Assembly: GCA_964514965.1 (NCBI GenBank)
Contig: CAZETV010000001.1
Span: 330,001 to 362,000, forward strand
Reading direction: 5' to 3'
DNA length: 32,000 nt
From: Candidatus Hadarchaeota archaeon
Lineage (GTDB): Archaea > Hadarchaeota > Hadarchaeia > Hadarchaeales > Hadarchaeaceae
Positions 10,037-17,071 of the stretch are shown here, one piece after another. The notes under the pieces were generated by a model. That model was not told where the DNA came from. It saw nothing but the letters and a program-made list of their open reading frames with translations, and ran no database searches. Each line of letters starts with the position of its first letter. Within the stretch, counting starts at the first letter, position 1. The position numbers and the translations under genes were made by a program.

Positions 10037-10426
10037 TTGGTGGTCGATTTGTTCGGCTGGACTGAATACAAACTGAACAGGAAGGGAACGCTAACCGTCT
10101 TGAGCCAGCTTGAATCAGAAGTTATGACAATAATGTGGCGGGAAAAACGTGCGACTGCCAGAACCGTTCACACCCTCTTGAAAAGCAAACACTCGGTTAA
10201 TCGCTCGAGAATCAATGCGACCATGAACTCGCTCTGCAAACGCGGCCTGCTGAAGTCGAGCGTGCGCAAAGGACGGGGCGGCCTGAGGTATGTTTATAAA
10301 GTTAAGATTTCCCGTAAAAAGTTTGAGCGAGCGGTGGTCGGCAAAGTGCTGGATAGCTTGCTCGAATCATTTGAAAAAACCTCGAAGAAACTAATACAAG
10401 AAAAACTGGGGAAAGTAAATGGTTGA
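10037..10426 (+). CDS. BlaI/MecI/CopY-family winged-helix transcriptional regulator
   Basis: LSQLESEVMTIMWREKRATARTVHTLL....NRSRINATMNSLCKRGLL......GR...Y.. matches the Penicillinase_R pattern (ls..E.evM..lW ... T..RL.kKGll ... Y). TTG start. The 3' end overlaps the rfcS start by 8 nt. Confidence 0.6.
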   Translation: MVVDLFGWTEYKLNRKGTLTVLSQLESEVMTIMWREKRATARTVHTLLKSKHSVNRSRINATMNSLCKRGLLKSSVRKGRGGLRYVYKVKISRKKFERAVVGKVLDSLLESFEKTSKKLIQEKLGKVNG

Positions 10427-11387
10427 AGCAGAAGAGATATGGGTCGAGAAATATCGTCCCAAAAAGCTCAAGGAAATCGTGGGGCAGCAAGAAGTAGTGA
10501 ACAGACTTCGAATGTTTGTCGAAAAAAAATCTTTGCCCCATCTTTTGTTTGCCGGCCCACCGGGAGTCGGCAAGACTTGCGCTGCGCTCTGCATAGCACA
10601 TGAACTCTTTGGCGATGGTTGGCGGCCAAATTTGCTGGATTTGAATGCCAGCGACGAACGTGGGATAGACGTGGTCCGGACCAAGGTCAAAGACTACGCC
10701 CGAACGCGGCCCATCGGCGATTTCCCGTACAAGATAATTTACCTCGACGAGAGCGATGCCCTGACATCGGACGCCCAGCACGCATTGCGGCGAACAATGG
10801 AAATGTACACCCACACCTGTCGATTTATTTTAGCCTGCAATTACTCGAGCCGCATCATCGAGCCCATCCAGTCGCGCTGCGCCATATTTCGCTTCAGGCG
10901 ACTTTCGGGAAATGATACTGCCCAAATGCTCAAGCGCATAGCCAGCGGCGAAAAACTCACTTTAACCGACGACGCTACCAAGGCAATAATCGACATCAGC
11001 GAGGGCGACATGCGCCGGGCGATTAACGTGCTCCAAGCTGCAGCCGCGTTGAAGCGGAGGGTGGACGAAAATACCATCTACGAGGTGAGTGCTGCGGCGC
11101 ACCCGAAGGATATCCGAGAGATGCTTGAACTCGCGGTTGCGGGAAAATTCGAGGAGGCGCGGAACAAACTTTACGACTTGCTCATCGGCCAGGGGCTGGC
11201 TGGCGAGGACATCCTGCAGCAGGCCCACCGAGAAGTCTTTAACTTAAATCTGCCCGAGCGTGCGAAGATCGAGCTCATCGACAAAGTTGGCGAGTTCGAC
11301 TTTAGACTCATCGAGGGGGCGAACGAGCGGATTCAGCTTGAGGCGATGCTCGCGCACTTCGGTTTAGTCGGGAAGTCGAAATACTAG
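10419..11387 (+). CDS. rfcS: Replication factor C small subunit
   Basis: EKYRPKKL, Walker A GPPGVGKT, Walker B YLDESDALT, and SRC motif PIQSRCAIFRF. Length of 322 aa is typical. Confidence 0.93.
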   Translation: MVEAEEIWVEKYRPKKLKEIVGQQEVVNRLRMFVEKKSLPHLLFAGPPGVGKTCAALCIAHELFGDGWRPNLLDLNASDERGIDVVRTKVKDYARTRPIGDFPYKIIYLDESDALTSDAQHALRRTMEMYTHTCRFILACNYSSRIIEPIQSRCAIFRFRRLSGNDTAQMLKRIASGEKLTLTDDATKAIIDISEGDMRRAINVLQAAAALKRRVDENTIYEVSAAAHPKDIREMLELAVAGKFEEARNKLYDLLIGQGLAGEDILQQAHREVFNLNLPERAKIELIDKVGEFDFRLIEGANERIQLEAMLAHFGLVGKSKY

Positions 11388-13507
11388 CTACTTGGCTCTG
11401 ATTTCGCCCGTTTATTTTTGCCCCAATTCACTTTGCTCGGGCACTTCGGGTCAATGCACATACAGTAGGGCCTCGCACCGACGCGGTTTATCTGAACCAT
11501 CGGGACCCCGCACTGCTTGCAGGTTTTTCCGAGCGAGATTATCATTCCGGCCTGAGGGAGCGGGAAAGAGTTCTTGCACTGCGGGTAGTTTGAACACCCT
11601 ACAAAACGCTTGTGGGTGGCACGCGAGACAATTATTTTCAAATCTCCACCGCACTTCTCACACTTCCCCACAATGCGCTGTTTCTGGCGGGTGATGAGGT
11701 AGGCCTCACCCAGCTGCTTGCCTATCTCAATCTGATGCACTCTGAACTTTTCCAAAAGCTTGTCGAGTTCATTCCTCGCTTTTTCGATGATTTCATCTTT
11801 GCTACGCTTTCCCTCCTGAATCGCCTCCATCTCGCGCTCGAACTGCACGGTCAGCTCCTCGCTCACGATTTCTGGGCAGTGTTTGAGGAGGGCGTCGATG
11901 ACCTCCATGCCCAAGTCGGTGACGGTGATCTGGTCTCCGAAGATGTAGCCCCGCGTGTAGATGTTCTGCAAGAGGATGGCGCGAGTCCCCTTTGTCCCAA
12001 GATTTCTCGCTTCCATCTCCTTCACGATCGAAGAAGGATTGTAGCGGGACGGGGGCTGGGTCTCCTTCTCCTCGAATTTCACCTCTTTCACCATGAGCTC
12101 CTGCCCCTCGCTGAACTGCGGCAGGATAATCTCCTCGGTGGCCCCGTAGCGGCCGTAGTAGGCGAGCCACCCCTCCTCGAGCACCCGCCGCCCCCTCAGG
12201 AAGAAAGGTTGCCCCCCCACATCCAGATTGACCCGTATGCTCTCCGCGAGCGCTGGCTTTCCGAAGACCGAGAAGAATCGCCGAACGATTAAGTCGTACA
12301 ACTTCTGCTGGGGTCCCGTGAGTTTTTCAGGTTTCTCGCCAGTTGGATAGACGGCCGGGTGCGCGGGGTCCGTCTTCTTGCCTTCGTTGGGTTTCAGTTC
12401 GGGCACCTCAAGTAATTCGTCCGCGAATTTCCTGTATTGTTTCGAAACTTCGCCCAACCGCCGGATGATGTCACCATAACCGATGGTCGGCGGTAGCTTC
12501 TGCGAACCGGTTCTGGGATACGAAATGAGGGCGGCCTGATAAAGGGCTTGAGCGATTTGCTGGGTGCGCATCGGGGTGTAGCCGAAGCAGCGGTAAGCTT
12601 CCGATTGCAGGAGCCCGAGGTCGAAGGGAACAGGTGGGGGGCGTTGGTACCTGCGGGTTTGGATTGTGGAGATTTTGGCAGGTTTATCCTTGCAGGCGGC
12701 CAGCGCTCGCTCAGCTTCCGACTTGTCGGAGAAGCGAGGTGTCGCGTGCTCAGCGATGAATTCCCTGCCGTCGATTTCTAGAAGCAAACCCAAAACCCAA
12801 AATGGCTCCGGCTTGAAAGCCCTGATCTCGCGTTCGCGCTCGACCAGAATTTTCAGCGTCGGAGTTTGCACGCGGCCGGCAGAAAGCTTGGCGAACTTTT
12901 CCTGCGCGGCCTCCACAGAAGCGCTCATCGCCTTGCTCAAGTTCATGCCCCAGTACCAATCGAGCACGTGGCGAGCTATGCCTGCGTCGATGAGCTCGAA
13001 GTCGAGGCGGGGCATCAGCTGCTCGTAGGACTGCCGGAGGTCCTGCACGGTGAGGGTGGAGAACTTCATCCGCCTCGCGCGATTTACAGACTCCGGGCCG
13101 CAGATGTAGCGCAACACGTTAAACGCAATGACCGAGCCTTCAAGGTCATAATCGCAGGCGCTGATGTAGTCGCTCGCGTCCTTCGCCAGCTCCCGGATAG
13201 CCTCGACGAAAACTTGAGTGCGTTTCGCCTTTCGGTCTACCTCATAAGCCGGAACCCAGTCGATGTCGTAGACGGGATAATCGCGCATGGGCTTCAGGTT
13301 TTTGAGGGTGAAAAGGTGCCCTAGAGCTGGGACGACGACCATCCGCCCGCCACCGCGCTCGAACTCGTAGTAGGGGACGCCGTTGAACTCCCCCTTTTCA
13401 GGCCGCTTCTCTGCGAGGGCGGAGGCTATCTTGATGGCCGCGCTCGGCTTCTCGCACACGATGAAAGTTTTGCCCAAGTCATCCCTCAACCCATTTTTAG
13501 CGTCCAC
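11384..13507 (-). CDS. topA: DNA topoisomerase, type IA (archaeal TopA/Topo III-like)
   Basis: Toprim residues FIVCEKPSAA and CDYDLEGS, active-site region ISYPRTGSQ, and C-terminal zinc ribbons (CEKCGG...CSNYPQC, CKQCG...CIDPKC). Confidence 0.9.
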   Translation of the reverse strand: MDAKNGLRDDLGKTFIVCEKPSAAIKIASALAEKRPEKGEFNGVPYYEFERGGGRMVVVPALGHLFTLKNLKPMRDYPVYDIDWVPAYEVDRKAKRTQVFVEAIRELAKDASDYISACDYDLEGSVIAFNVLRYICGPESVNRARRMKFSTLTVQDLRQSYEQLMPRLDFELIDAGIARHVLDWYWGMNLSKAMSASVEAAQEKFAKLSAGRVQTPTLKILVEREREIRAFKPEPFWVLGLLLEIDGREFIAEHATPRFSDKSEAERALAACKDKPAKISTIQTRRYQRPPPVPFDLGLLQSEAYRCFGYTPMRTQQIAQALYQAALISYPRTGSQKLPPTIGYGDIIRRLGEVSKQYRKFADELLEVPELKPNEGKKTDPAHPAVYPTGEKPEKLTGPQQKLYDLIVRRFFSVFGKPALAESIRVNLDVGGQPFFLRGRRVLEEGWLAYYGRYGATEEIILPQFSEGQELMVKEVKFEEKETQPPSRYNPSSIVKEMEARNLGTKGTRAILLQNIYTRGYIFGDQITVTDLGMEVIDALLKHCPEIVSEELTVQFEREMEAIQEGKRSKDEIIEKARNELDKLLEKFRVHQIEIGKQLGEAYLITRQKQRIVGKCEKCGGDLKIIVSRATHKRFVGCSNYPQCKNSFPLPQAGMIISLGKTCKQCGVPMVQINRVGARPYCMCIDPKCPSKVNWGKNKRAKSEPSS

Positions 13508-13648
13508 TATAATAATGGTGGAAGGGGACGAGGCCCTTACCGGAGATAGCTGCTAAAAAATGATTTCTGCACCTAAAGTCAGTTCTTCACCAAGACCTAA
13601 ATGCGCAATAGCTATCTGCTCTGAACAACTAGATAGTTTGGCGCATCC

Positions 13649-14632
13649 TTGACAACAAAGCTTGAGTTTAGAAGGCTTCCATCCGCTCCAAGCCCCGATG
13701 AACTCCTGACCAGAGCATTTAGGCGGGCATCGGAGGCAGCTGATGCCCTGCGAGCGAGAGGGGAACCTATCGAAATCGCTAAGCGGCGAGAGGCCGAGCG
13801 CATCAGGGTAATGAGCCAGACCATCAGGGAAATCTTGACAAAGCTCGTCACGGCTACACCATCGCTCTCCAACCTGCCTCCTTTTTATAAAGAGCTCGTG
13901 GCCGCTTTGGTGAACGTAGATGATGTGCGGAAGTCGCTCGGAGCGATTGATGGCACCGCTAAAATAATAAGGAGGCTTGAGCGCGAACACATTCGAAGAC
14001 TCCGAGCTGTGAGCTCACTTGGTGGGACATCCACCATCCGAAGGCAAGCTTACGGCCGAATCTCCTCCACCGTGAAGCGAGCGAGCGACCATCTGGCGGT
14101 CCTGCGGGAGGCGGAAGGAAAGCTAGCTGATCTCCCATCCGTCTTCATTGAAATGTCGACCATAGTCATAGCGGGCTACCCGAACGTGGGTAAGACGATG
14201 CTACTTCGGCGGCTCACAGGCTCAGAGCCAAAGATAGCCCCTTATCCATTCACCACCAAGGGGCTGAATCTGGGATATTTTGAGCGCGGGTACAAGCGCT
14301 ACCAGATCATCGACACGCCCGGGCTGCTCGATCGACCGCTGGAGGAGCGTAACCCCGTCGAGCGGCAAGCTATAGCCGCGCTTCGCCACCTCGCGGATGT
14401 CGTGATTTTCATGCTGGATCCATCCGGAACCTGCGGTTATGATTTCGTACGCCAGCTTCACCTGCTTGAGGATATCCGAAAGACATTCTCGAACGTCATA
14501 GCGGTAATAAACAAGACCGACTTGCTAGATGAGCAGCGGGTGCGAGAGGTTCAAGAATTATGTAAAGAAGCCATTTTCATATCTGCAGCGACGGGCCAAG
14601 GGGTACCAGAGCTCGAGAAGATTAAAATCTAG
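13649..14632 (+). CDS. Nog1-family GTP-binding protein
   Basis: G1 GYPNVGKT, G3 DTPGLLDRP and G4 INKTDL, with an N-terminal NOG1-like helical region. TTG start at 13649. Confidence 0.8.
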   Translation: MTTKLEFRRLPSAPSPDELLTRAFRRASEAADALRARGEPIEIAKRREAERIRVMSQTIREILTKLVTATPSLSNLPPFYKELVAALVNVDDVRKSLGAIDGTAKIIRRLEREHIRRLRAVSSLGGTSTIRRQAYGRISSTVKRASDHLAVLREAEGKLADLPSVFIEMSTIVIAGYPNVGKTMLLRRLTGSEPKIAPYPFTTKGLNLGYFERGYKRYQIIDTPGLLDRPLEERNPVERQAIAALRHLADVVIFMLDPSGTCGYDFVRQLHLLEDIRKTFSNVIAVINKTDLLDEQRVREVQELCKEAIFISAATGQGVPELEKIKI

Positions 14633-14641
14633 AAAGGAGTT

Positions 14642-15037
14642 TTGATGATGAGGAAGATGACCAAAGTCGGAAAATTAAAGGAGGGGAATTTCATCATAAT
14701 CGACGACGAGCCATGTCACATCAACAATTTTTTAACCTCACCGCCGGGGAAGCAGGGGGGCGGAAACACCAAGATAACCGCGACCGGGTTGTTTGACTCC
14801 CAAAAGCATCACATCATTCAGCCCACGAGCGCAAAAATCGAAGTGCCCATAATCGAGCGAGGAATTGCCGAAGTGCTAGCAATCGTGGCCAACAATGCGC
14901 AACTGATGAACCTCACGACCTGCGAGACCTTCGAGTTGCCGATTTCCGTAAAACTCCGAGGAGATGTGCACGAAGGAGACAGGGTGGAATACATCCAGGC
15001 CCTTGGGAGAAAGAAGATCGAACTAGTAAAAGATTAA
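14642..15037 (+). CDS. eif5a: Translation initiation factor 5A (aIF5A), divergent hypusine loop
   Basis: Pattern KEGNFIIIDDEPC.I......PGK.G....KI.A.GLFDSQK...QP..AKIEVPIIER......V..N.AQLMNL.T.ETFEL. GGAG lies upstream. The likely true start is ATG 14645 rather than TTG 14642. Confidence 0.85.
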   Translation: MMMRKMTKVGKLKEGNFIIIDDEPCHINNFLTSPPGKQGGGNTKITATGLFDSQKHHIIQPTSAKIEVPIIERGIAEVLAIVANNAQLMNLTTCETFELPISVKLRGDVHEGDRVEYIQALGRKKIELVKD

Positions 15038-15119
15038 AAAAAGACGTGGGCACTAAAATCTCAAGCGCTTCCCCAAGCTTCATTTAGGTCTCTACCTTCA
15101 TTTTAGCAATATCTTGTTA

Positions 15120-15551
15120 TCAAACTAACAACCATGGAGAGTAAGAGCGCCGGCCGTAGCGGAATATCGGATGCAGCTCGATTTCCCTGACCTCCAACAG
15201 CTGCCTGTATTTTTCGGGATTTCTTATTTTCAGCCTTTGCTTGAGCTGTTTGAATTCGAGTAGGACCCATTCTCTGGAAACCTTGATTTTTTGGATTTTT
15301 GCTGGCTCTCGAATGATTTTTTCTTTTTTAAAGTTGTAACCTCTCCTTCTCCCTTCCTCGTAAACATAATGCAGGTAAAAGCCGATGGCCGAGACCGGGT
15401 CCGAGTGCCCCTTAAATCTGTCAAGTTGGGGGTGTTTTCTCCATCCTTTAGTTTTGCCCATGAGCACCCTTTGCGCGAGCAAGGACTCTCTCCAGAGGGC
15501 CACAAGCCCTATCGCATCGAGATATTTTGGGTGAACGGTCCACAACCTCAA
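15120..15551 (-). CDS. Pyrimidine dimer DNA glycosylase family protein (Pyr_excise/T4 endonuclease V-like family)
   Basis: N-terminus MRLWTVHPKYLDAIGLVALWRESLLAQRVLMGKTKGWRKHPQLDRF matches the conserved opening of this family (MRLWSLHPkYLD..GLvAlWRE.LLAq.VL.g.TkGY..HPQL.RF), recalled from memory. Confidence 0.7.
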   Translation of the reverse strand: MRLWTVHPKYLDAIGLVALWRESLLAQRVLMGKTKGWRKHPQLDRFKGHSDPVSAIGFYLHYVYEEGRRRGYNFKKEKIIREPAKIQKIKVSREWVLLEFKQLKQRLKIRNPEKYRQLLEVREIELHPIFRYGRRSYSPWLLV

Positions 15552-15582
15552 GTTAAATGACCTCGCTGGCTTTCCTAAAAAT

Positions 15583-16158
15583 TCAAATAATCGCCTTTAC
15601 CCCTGCCACAACAAATTCAACCGCAACCGCAACGAGTAAGATGCCGGTCACCCTCGAAATGATGCTAATCCCATAATTTCCAAGCAACCTAACAAAATAC
15701 CGTGAACTCCACAAAATGATCCAGCTCAAGGCCAGCGCTGCCACCGCGCCAATGGTGGTGATGACATATCCGTATTCTTGCACGAAAATCACCGTTGTGA
15801 CGATGACTCCCGGGCCGGAGAGCAGCGGGGTGCCGATGAGCACAACCCCCGGCGGGAACTCGTGCTCCTTCCGAGTGAACGAAAGACCCAATACCAGCTC
15901 AACACTTAAAATGGATAGAACGATGCCGCCGGCGATTTTCAGTGACTGAAAGTCGATCCCGAAAACCGAGAGTATGGCCTGACCGAAGAACAGGAACACG
16001 AAAAGCACTACCGCCGCTATCCCGACCGCATAAGAGACAGCCTGCGCCTTTTGTTTATCGTCCATTTTCCGCGTCAAGGAGAGAAACACGGGTATGCTCG
16101 CGAAAGCGCTCATTATCACGAACAGCGATAGAAATGACTTTAGAATTTCTTCCAGCAC
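15583..16158 (-). CDS. MarC-family (UPF0056) integral membrane protein
   Basis: 191 aa with about six hydrophobic segments. The N-terminal pattern F..LF.IM.....IPVFLSLT is typical of MarC-family proteins. Confidence 0.7.
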   Translation of the reverse strand: MLEEILKSFLSLFVIMSAFASIPVFLSLTRKMDDKQKAQAVSYAVGIAAVVLFVFLFFGQAILSVFGIDFQSLKIAGGIVLSILSVELVLGLSFTRKEHEFPPGVVLIGTPLLSGPGVIVTTVIFVQEYGYVITTIGAVAALALSWIILWSSRYFVRLLGNYGISIISRVTGILLVAVAVEFVVAGVKAII

Positions 16159-16230
16159 CCCATCACCTAGGATAAATATTGGAGGTTTGGTTAGATAAGA
16201 CTGAAGATTGAACTCTGAAAAAAATAAGTA

Positions 16231-16285
16231 ACTATGTTTCTGAACAATTTTTCTGAACTATGTTTCTTAACCTCCTTTCTTAACC
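16231..16285. repeat. Cluster of short direct repeats in the boundary intergenic region
   Basis: ACTATGTTTCT occurs at 16231-16241 and 16257-16267. TTTCTGAAC occurs at 16237-16245 and 16250-16258. TTTCTTAACC occurs at 16263-16272 and 16276-16285. Confidence 0.5.
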
Positions 16286-16348
16286 CCTTATTCGAGTCTC
16301 GGTGAAAAATTTTTATGTGAAACCTAAAAATGTTAAAATTTTAGGGGG

Positions 16349-16459
16349 GTGTTGGGCTTGGTGAAGTGTGGGATTTGTAAAAAGGAAGTGCCGGAACAAC
16401 CGAAAATCACATCAGATGGCAAGTGCTCCGTCTGTGGCGCGAAATTAAAAGCGGCCTGA
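16349..16459 (+). CDS. Possible small zinc-ribbon protein (about 32-36 aa)
   Basis: Not in the ORF track because it is too short. Reading from GTG 16361 gives VKCGICKKEVPEQPKITSDGKCSVCGAKLKAA, with stop TGA at 16457-16459. Two CxxC pairs are present. A G-rich SD-like TAGGGGGG lies just upstream. Alternative starts are 16349, 16352 and 16358. The ORF is followed by a GC hairpin and a T-tract. Confidence 0.35.
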   Translation: MLGLVKCGICKKEVPEQPKITSDGKCSVCGAKLKAA

Positions 16460-16465
16460 AAGTGG

Positions 16466-16540
16466 AAAAGCGCGCGCTGGTTTATTCGACACATTAATTA
16501 GCTGGCGCGCGCGAATTTTAATTTATTTCTTTTTTTAATT
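16466..16540 (+). terminator. GC-rich hairpin plus oligo-T tract
   Basis: Self-complementary GCGCGCGC blocks at 16470-16477 and 16505-16512 can pair with a loop of about 27 nt. They are followed by AATTTTAATTTATTTCTTTTTTTAATT. Archaeal termination commonly uses oligo-T tracts. Confidence 0.35.
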
Positions 16541-16547
16541 GTTAGTT

Positions 16548-16655
16548 CAGTGCTAGTAGAACAGGGGCATATAACTCGATTTTTTCGGTCGCTTCGCCAC
16601 GAGGGCTGAGGCTATCTTGACGGCCGCGCTCGGCTTCTCGCAACGATGAGGGTTA
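16548..16655 (-). pseudogene. Decayed fragment of the topA 5' coding region (copy of about 13366-13470)
   Basis: The core 16601-16642 matches 13415-13456 at 40 of 42 nt, in the same orientation. Weaker similarity extends on both sides with 1-nt indels. The minus-strand translation gives CEKPSAAVKIASALVAKRPKK, against TopA residues 18-38 CEKPSAAIKIASALAEKRPEK. Confidence 0.75.
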
Positions 16656-16706
16656 GTGGTGGATAGTCGAGTGGGCTTTTAGTAAAATGAGGGGGAGAAT
16701 CTTGGA

Positions 16707-17048
16707 TTGGAATTCAAAAAAGGAGATAATTCAATAGCTAGCAGAAAAGAAATATTAGATACTGTGGAGGTTGCTCTCAGAGAACTGACGAATGAATTCA
16801 TCCGAAATCCAATGCGTTTCTTCTCCGAAAAAGACTTCCATTGGTATTTCTGTTATCTATTAAACACGAACGAGCTAGTCAAAACCCGGTTTGATGGTTA
16901 CAAGACAATGATTTGCACCAAGAACCTGCCGAAGCATATCAAAAATGATTGCGATACGTTGAAGTCGAGTGGCGCGAGGAACAGGTATATTGCCATTTAC
17001 TACCGAGATCAAACTGGGAGAGTGGAAAAGTTTCGTCGCGTAAGGTAA
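16707..17048 (+). CDS. Hypothetical protein (113 aa), first gene of the McrBC-like module
   Basis: TTG start lies 9 nt after GGGGGAG (16691-16697), and the next ORF follows after 23 nt. I recognise no family. ATG at codon 36 is an alternative start. Confidence 0.4.
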   Translation: MEFKKGDNSIASRKEILDTVEVALRELTNEFIRNPMRFFSEKDFHWYFCYLLNTNELVKTRFDGYKTMICTKNLPKHIKNDCDTLKSSGARNRYIAIYYRDQTGRVEKFRRVR

Positions 17049-17071
17049 TCGCGCGAATCAATGCATAGGGG

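Noticed and set aside
10302-10814. 170-aa minus-strand ORF, plus 10391-10690
   Set aside because: It is antisense to the BlaI-like gene and to the rfcS 5' region. The rfcS frame carries Walker A/B and SRC motifs, so the antisense frame is spurious.
11612-12292. 226-aa plus-strand ORF and the 122-aa ORF at 11802-12170
   Set aside because: It overlaps the well-supported topA gene in other frames, and no domain signatures are present.
13553-13990. 145-aa minus-strand ORF spanning the topA/nog1 divergent promoter and the nog1 5' end
   Set aside because: It overlaps the conserved N-terminal region of the Nog1-like GTPase on the opposite strand. It has no recognisable motifs and would leave no promoter space.
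16470-16512. Alternating GCGCGCGC blocks considered as a CRISPR-like or Z-DNA repeat
   Set aside because: There are only two copies, 8 nt each, with no spacer-repeat periodicity. They are better explained as the stem of a terminator-like hairpin.
13470-16583. The interval between the two topA-5' repeat copies considered as an integrated element flanked by att-like direct repeats
   Set aside because: The interval has core-like GC and encodes essential or housekeeping genes (Nog1-like GTPase, aIF5A). It has no integrase, so a simple integrated element is unlikely. The repeat is reported as a finding with alternative explanations.
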